Assembly (NCBI GenBank): GCA_977018835.1
Contig: OZ361256.1
Span: 1,054,001-1,118,000, forward strand
Direction of reading: 5' to 3'
Origin: Minutocellus sp. GHC0000111
Lineage: Eukaryota
Length of the DNA: 64,000 nucleotides
Part shown: one piece after another, positions 58,745 through 64,000 of the stretch
Layout of the letters: each line of letters begins with the position of its first letter
Numbering within the stretch: the first letter of the stretch is position 1
Made by a program: the position numbers and the translations under genes
Notes under the pieces: generated by a model
What the model was told of the DNA's origin: nothing
What the model saw: only the letters and a program-made list of their open reading frames with translations
The model's database searches: none

Positions 58745-59739
58745 CTACCGAGACAACGCTGCAATATGTTCGTGATCGGTTCCGCAGCAACCCCCAATAA
58801 CTCGAAGGCGATATTCTTTCCTCATCTTCTTTAGTCTCTTTGACCAGTCATCTACATCGCCACGGTCTAATTCTGTGCTGTTGTCCAACTCTTCGTGGCT
58901 TTTACAGGAGGCATTGGCCCTTATACCCATTAGCCGACCCAGCCACGGCTCCTTGTTAGCTTTTGCCTTCTCGAATGCAGGGCTGATATGGTTGGGGTGC
59001 GCACAATTGACCATGTAGAATAAAGGCAGGGCACTCTCCTTTAGCTCAGTCCGTCTATCTGTTTCCTCCACTAACTGCCTTATCTCACTACCAGTTTACC
59101 ATCGGTTTCGACCGTTACTGATATCACCACAGGCAAGCCAACATCACTGCTAGCCCGAGCAATACCGATTTTTTCCTCAACACTTGTGATGGTGTAGGCA
59201 CAGACGAGATCGACACCTCCCACAGACTTAATAGCGTGGAGCTGGTGGAAATGATAGTCACGAAATCCATCAGAAGTGGTGTTCTCATTGTCAATCTTGT
59301 ACCCATCTCCCCTGGGTCCTACATCGGCAACAATTAGGACGGGAAAATTCTTGTGGCTGTAGCCGTGCTGCCGCCTCCACCTATCAATGACACCACGAGT
59401 CCAGGTGACGGCCGTCCTGTGGATATTTTCCAATTCTTCCTGCCCAGGATCACGCCCAAGCAACTTGACATAGTCAGGCGAAGCCCGCCACGTTTGTATA
59501 TCAATTAAAAGACCATGATGAGATTCGGCGGCTGCCTTAAAGATGTGATGCAGATGATTCTTTTCCAGCTTATCCAATTCTTCTTCAGGTTGCGAATACA
59601 AGGTGAATGCAGCGAACTGCGGTAATTCCAGCTGCTGCTGATAGACCAAGTAGGTCTCAGTTCCAGCACATGTTAAGAAGGAAAGATTGCCGCCGATAAG
59701 CTCCTCAACAGCGGCTGTGTGTGGGGATTTGGCGGCCAT
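58745..59739 (-). pseudogene. Homocysteine S-methyltransferase family protein with a frameshift at ~59090
   Basis: AGTETYL, TWRASPD, VGPRGDGY, ISVTVETDGKL, then another frame GSEIRQLVEETD...YMVNCAHP...RANASCKSHEELD...GGCCGTD. Confidence 0.8.
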
Positions 59740-59922
59740 GATTGGAAGGAAAAGGACGAAGGTATCCGGCGGGGCCTTTTGCCTGGTGCTCGCTATTCGC
59801 GGCGATCGATGCGATGATCGCGATATGCTCGCATCGGCCCGGCGATGTGGAAATCTGGCGGAAATAGAAAAGCGCCCCGAGACGCGCTAGCGCGCTTTTC
59901 CAGTCTAACGCGGCTGAGTTAT

Positions 59923-61625
59923 TCCCGTCTCTAAGACAAGTTAATCCCGATCTTGTCTTAGAGACAAGATAGACAGATCTCACAAAACTGTACTGAAATC
60001 TACGTAAAGCAGGTAGTTTGACAACATTTAGGTACGCGCATTACTAAATAAAAAAAAACTATTCTGTTTCCGGATCACCAACAACGCTGCAGAGCTTGCA
60101 GTTCAAGAAATTAGGGTGCGATTGAATAAAGCAAGAATGCACGGCGGTAACCACAGCCTTTTGCTTCTTTCTTCTCCCTCCAATGGATGCAACGTACTCC
60201 TTTACATCCCGGACGAATCTGCGAATCCGAGGAGAAGTGCTGCTTGCTGCTGCTTCATCCACTTCGCTGCCTCCACCGTGGCAAACCCAGGAGTGACAGC
60301 CGGCACACCACCAATTCGTAACCGCCTTGCACAGCATGCAAGCACCTCGAGCACCAGTCTTTCTGTGATTCAAATCCTCCGATACTCGATAGATTGGAAT
60401 GCCTCGACAAGCCTTGAATCGAAGCGCGGCCTCGTCATCCACGTTGCGAGGATCATCGTATCGTCGCTTGACATTCCGCCTGGGAGTAGTGCCGTGGTAC
60501 TGCAACACGTCAATGCCCACCACCTGCGGTGAAGGAGCCATCGGCACCGACACCTCGTCATCAGACACAGCTACAGGACCACTAGCATCCTCCTCAATTC
60601 CTCCCAACTCATCTATCATCGCCAGAAGTGCCAGTCGAATCTCTATCAATATTTTCTCCAGCGAGTACCGCTGACTCCCGGCATCGCGGTATCCATGGAG
60701 GCTGGAGTAGAAGGAGAGATCCTTCTTGGCCGAAGTGAGCTTGGCAAGGGAATGAATGTCAGACAGAATCAGCATCAGCATTCGGTCGATAACCTTGCTC
60801 TGGCGCGAATCATACGGCAGCACCGCCCGATGACCTTCCGCGGCTTGGGTCTTCTGGTCGGAACCCCACTTGGTGAGTTCCAATACTGGCACTGCATCGG
60901 TATAATTCGGATGGCTGGAGGCAAAGGCAAATTCTCCATCTTCGTCATTTCCCTCCAGACGTACACCGATTTCATAAACGAAGAGTAGTCAATGTTTACC
61001 CGAGCCTTGCGAACTGCCGCCTTGATCTCCTCCTCGGGGACGGGCACAGATGGATCGTACGCCCACTTAAGAGCCGCTCGTAAATGTCGTCGATGCATTT
61101 GTTGTACGACGATCGGAGCTGCTCATCATATTCGATGAGGATGCCACTGGTAAGGCCGATGGTGTCGCCGGTAACAAAAATGACGAAGTCTACGCCCAAA
61201 GTAGCGGCATGATGAAGGCACTGCACCGCCTCAGAGCGACTCTGCAGGTGACGACGAAGGTCCCGAGATCGGCAGCTAGCGTAAGAGAACTTGCCTTGGC
61301 TGCTGATCCTTTCCCTCTCCTTCGAAGCTGTAGCGTTGGCACACCGGCACTTCATCTCCATAGCTGCAACGCAAAGAATGCCGTCAACCTTGACTATGGC
61401 CACAAAATCCGGCGAATCTTTTTGATGCGGCCGACCCTTGCTCTCCAGAAGACCACAACGAAAAACATGGAGGACCTCAAGCTTTTTGCCTCCAACGCTG
61501 ATGCCATCGTCGGCTACCTTGAGCAAGTCTTGAACATATTTCTCCTCCATCTCGTGGCCGATCTTCGCATGCTTCTTGGCCTCGCACGCGCGCCGAAGCC
61601 TGCGATGGCCAGAGTCCGGCAGGAG
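59923..61625 (-). mobile_element. Decayed DNA-transposon fragment: YqaJ/lambda-exonuclease-like domain plus piggyBac-like C-terminal motifs; boundaries approximate
   Basis: Three overlapping ORFs (two frameshifts). GHEMEE...GLL...DSPD...MEMKCR...QCLHHA; YWNx/TKWGSD; CMLC...WWCAGCHSWVC...SCFIQSH. A 14-bp perfect hairpin at 59927-59965 lies near the presumed end. Confidence 0.65.
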
Positions 61626-61654
61626 ATCATACCGCCATGGATAAGTCAAACGAA

Positions 61655-64000
61655 ATGTCGACGACGGCGGTCCGCCGCCGCAACAAAAGCCGTAGAGGTG
61701 TAATGCCTCGGCAGAATGTGTTGGAAAGTCTAGCCACTCTAACGCCCGAGGTTCGATCGGCTGTGCCTCTCGTTGCCGGCTCAACGGCAGCTCCCGGTTC
61801 GACCCTTGCGCAATGGGTGTCCTCCAGGGCCATGAGGTGAGTTTGGATTGATTGACACTTGATATGATGGTATCGTGAATTCCTCTGCTAGCTCTGTCTT
61901 CTCTACGACGTACTCTAATTGATTGTGCTACTGCAAATAATACTATTTTGTAGCCTCGGCAAGGCAGATGTCCTTCTCGGAGGAGAGGATCAGGCGCCTC
62001 CAGCTCCCGAACGAGTCAGCACAATGGCTCTTCTTTCCTATTCCACCTGTAACGAAAAGTGGCTGATGCTTGCTGGACTCATCAGTGCTGGTATTGCCGG
62101 CCTTGCTGTGAGTACATTTTCATTGGACAAATCACATCTGACTTTCGGCCGATACTTCATGCTGAATGCACAAAGTCCTCATGTCCCCATTCAATTTTTT
62201 CTATTCACTTTGAACAATCAGATGCCTGCGTGGCTCCTGCTCCTCGCCAAGAGTCTGGAAACGTTCAATAACCTGGGGAAACTCATCAATTCAGTCGGCG
62301 GCGAGGCGGCGGTTGAGATTCTCAAAAATCAACTCTACCAGCTTTGCTGGTCCTTTGCGGTTGTTGGATTTATTTCTCTCTTGTCAGGCAGCATCTATGT
62401 TTCAATTTGGACTTATACCGGCGAGAAACAGGCCTTGCGTATCAGAGAGAAATTTGTTCGTTCCGCATTTCGTCAAGATGCTCAGTGGTTCGATTCACGT
62501 GGTGATCCACAGGAGTTACCAACTCTTGCTACAAATGCGTTGGAAAAGATCAATTCTGCGATTGGACGGACAATGGCAGATGCATTTGCTAATCTTTTAA
62601 GTGCCGTGTGCTGTCTGGCTGTTGCCATAGGCTTGAATGCTCCGCTTGCACTGATTATGCTGTGCATGCTTCCAGTTATTGCCATCTGCATTTCCTTAAT
62701 ATCGTGCTACATGCGAAAGCGTTCAGGTCAGGCACTTGAGATATTTGCCAGTGCGGGTGCCTTTGCAACCGAAGTAGTCTCTGGAATCAAAACAATTGCG
62801 TCGCTCTCAGCAGAGCGTTGGTCTATCAATAAGTACGAAGGAATGGCACGAGAAGCCCAAAAGTACTCCATATGGAGCGGTTATCTGAGCAAACTAACTT
62901 CTGGAATCATGGGGTTACTTTTCTACTGCACATATACCGTCGCCTTCTTGTTCGGTACGGAGCAGGTTGCCAACACGCTTGAAGTGGAAGAGTCGAAGCC
63001 ACTGAATCCCTTCTATTGCATGATCAACTACTGTGGAATTTCCGGCAGTGAGGTAATGGTTTGCATTTATGGAGTAATTTTGTGCGCACAATTCTTTAGT
63101 CTAATGTCCCCTGCAATTCAGGCTGTCAATCTTGGACGTATTGCCGCTGCTGATGTCTTTGGCGCAATCAAGCACACGCCCGATATCGATGCATCGTCTG
63201 ATGATGATGGCACAAAGTTAGATAATTTTGAAGGTGAAATTGAGCTCAAACATATCGCCTTTGCCTATCCTTCGCGTCCAAAAGACTTGATCTTCCGCGA
63301 TCTCAGCCTCAAGATTGAGGCCGGGCAGGCTGTAGCTTTGGTGGGACCAAGTGGATCAGGTAAGTGTCGACAGTGGTGATTCTCTTTGGTGCATGTGTGC
63401 ATTTAAAATCTCGCGTGATCTCACGAACCCTAACTTCAATCTGCAGGAAAATCGACAATATCCAAGCTTCTACTACGGTTCTATGACCCGCTGGCTGGTA
63501 GTGTTCTCGTCGATGGCACACCTCTAACAGAGCTCAATCTCAAATGGTGGAGATCACAGGTGAGAAAGAAAAAAGGAGAAAGACGATCAGAGCTACGATC
63601 GTAGCCAGGTTATTCACGCCCCGGTTACAATTCATTTCTTACCTTTATGCATTCAAATCATTTCTTACCTTTACACACGCAATCTCGTCTGCTTTTATCT
63701 TTACGCGTCTTCGGCGCTGTGTAGATTGGTTATGTTCCACAAGAGCCCCACCTCTTCATTGGCAGCATCCGTCATAACATTGCCTGCGGCAAACCTGCCA
63801 CCGATGGCCCTGGTACAGACGAAGAAGTTATTGCAGCAGCGAAAGCCGCTTGTGCGCACGATTTTATTCAGAGTCTTCCAGATGGCTACGATACGTTTTA
63901 TTCGGGGGCAAGTGTGCAGATGAGTGGAGGCCAAATTCAGCGCATCGCTATTGCACGAGCGCTCATGAGGAATTGTTCCATTTTACTGTTGGACGAAGCT
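61655..64000 (+). CDS. ABCB (MDR/P-glycoprotein) transporter, 5' part; continues beyond the window (alternative start 61637)
   Basis: Exon 1 to 61836, intron 61837-61953 in frame, intron 62108-62221. [13 protein letters not shown]...RQDAQWFD; Walker A GPSGSGKST across an intron; signature [15 protein letters not shown]; Walker B ILLLDEA. Confidence 0.93.

Noticed and set aside
61626..61784. N-terminal part of the 262-aa minus-strand YqaJ ORF
   Set aside because: It overlaps the first exon of the ABCB gene, which splices in frame on the plus strand, so it is likely a chance extension.

Overview
Eukaryotic nuclear DNA, most likely from a diatom or related photosynthetic stramenopile. This rests on short GT-AG introns, a canonical ASAFAP-type plastid presequence on the NifU gene and similar ones on the PHYLLO and bestrophin genes. 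About 22 protein genes are visible. They include a GH59 galactocerebrosidase, two paralogous ankyrin proteins, ribosomal P2, a ~2,590-aa phylloquinone multienzyme, CCT2, cofilin, a P1B heavy-metal ATPase, a sulfatase, RAD52, a bestrophin, a nicotinamidase, a plastid NFU, a homocysteine S-methyltransferase and an ABCB transporter. Main points of interest: (1) a 4.2-kb Kolobok-type DNA transposon with perfect 17-bp TIRs and a TTAA duplication, whose second ORF joins an RPA-like OB fold to a KolX/P2X7-ballast-like domain; (2) a PHYLLO in MenF-MenD-MenH-MenC order with an extra C-terminal START/SRPBCC domain; (3) four host genes in the first 10 kb with nonsense or frameshift lesions; (4) a decayed element combining a YqaJ exonuclease with piggyBac-like C-terminal motifs; (5) nested MITEs and abundant TA-NN-NN-TA palindromes that resemble transposon excision footprints. 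All family calls come from recognising motifs by eye; no searches were run.
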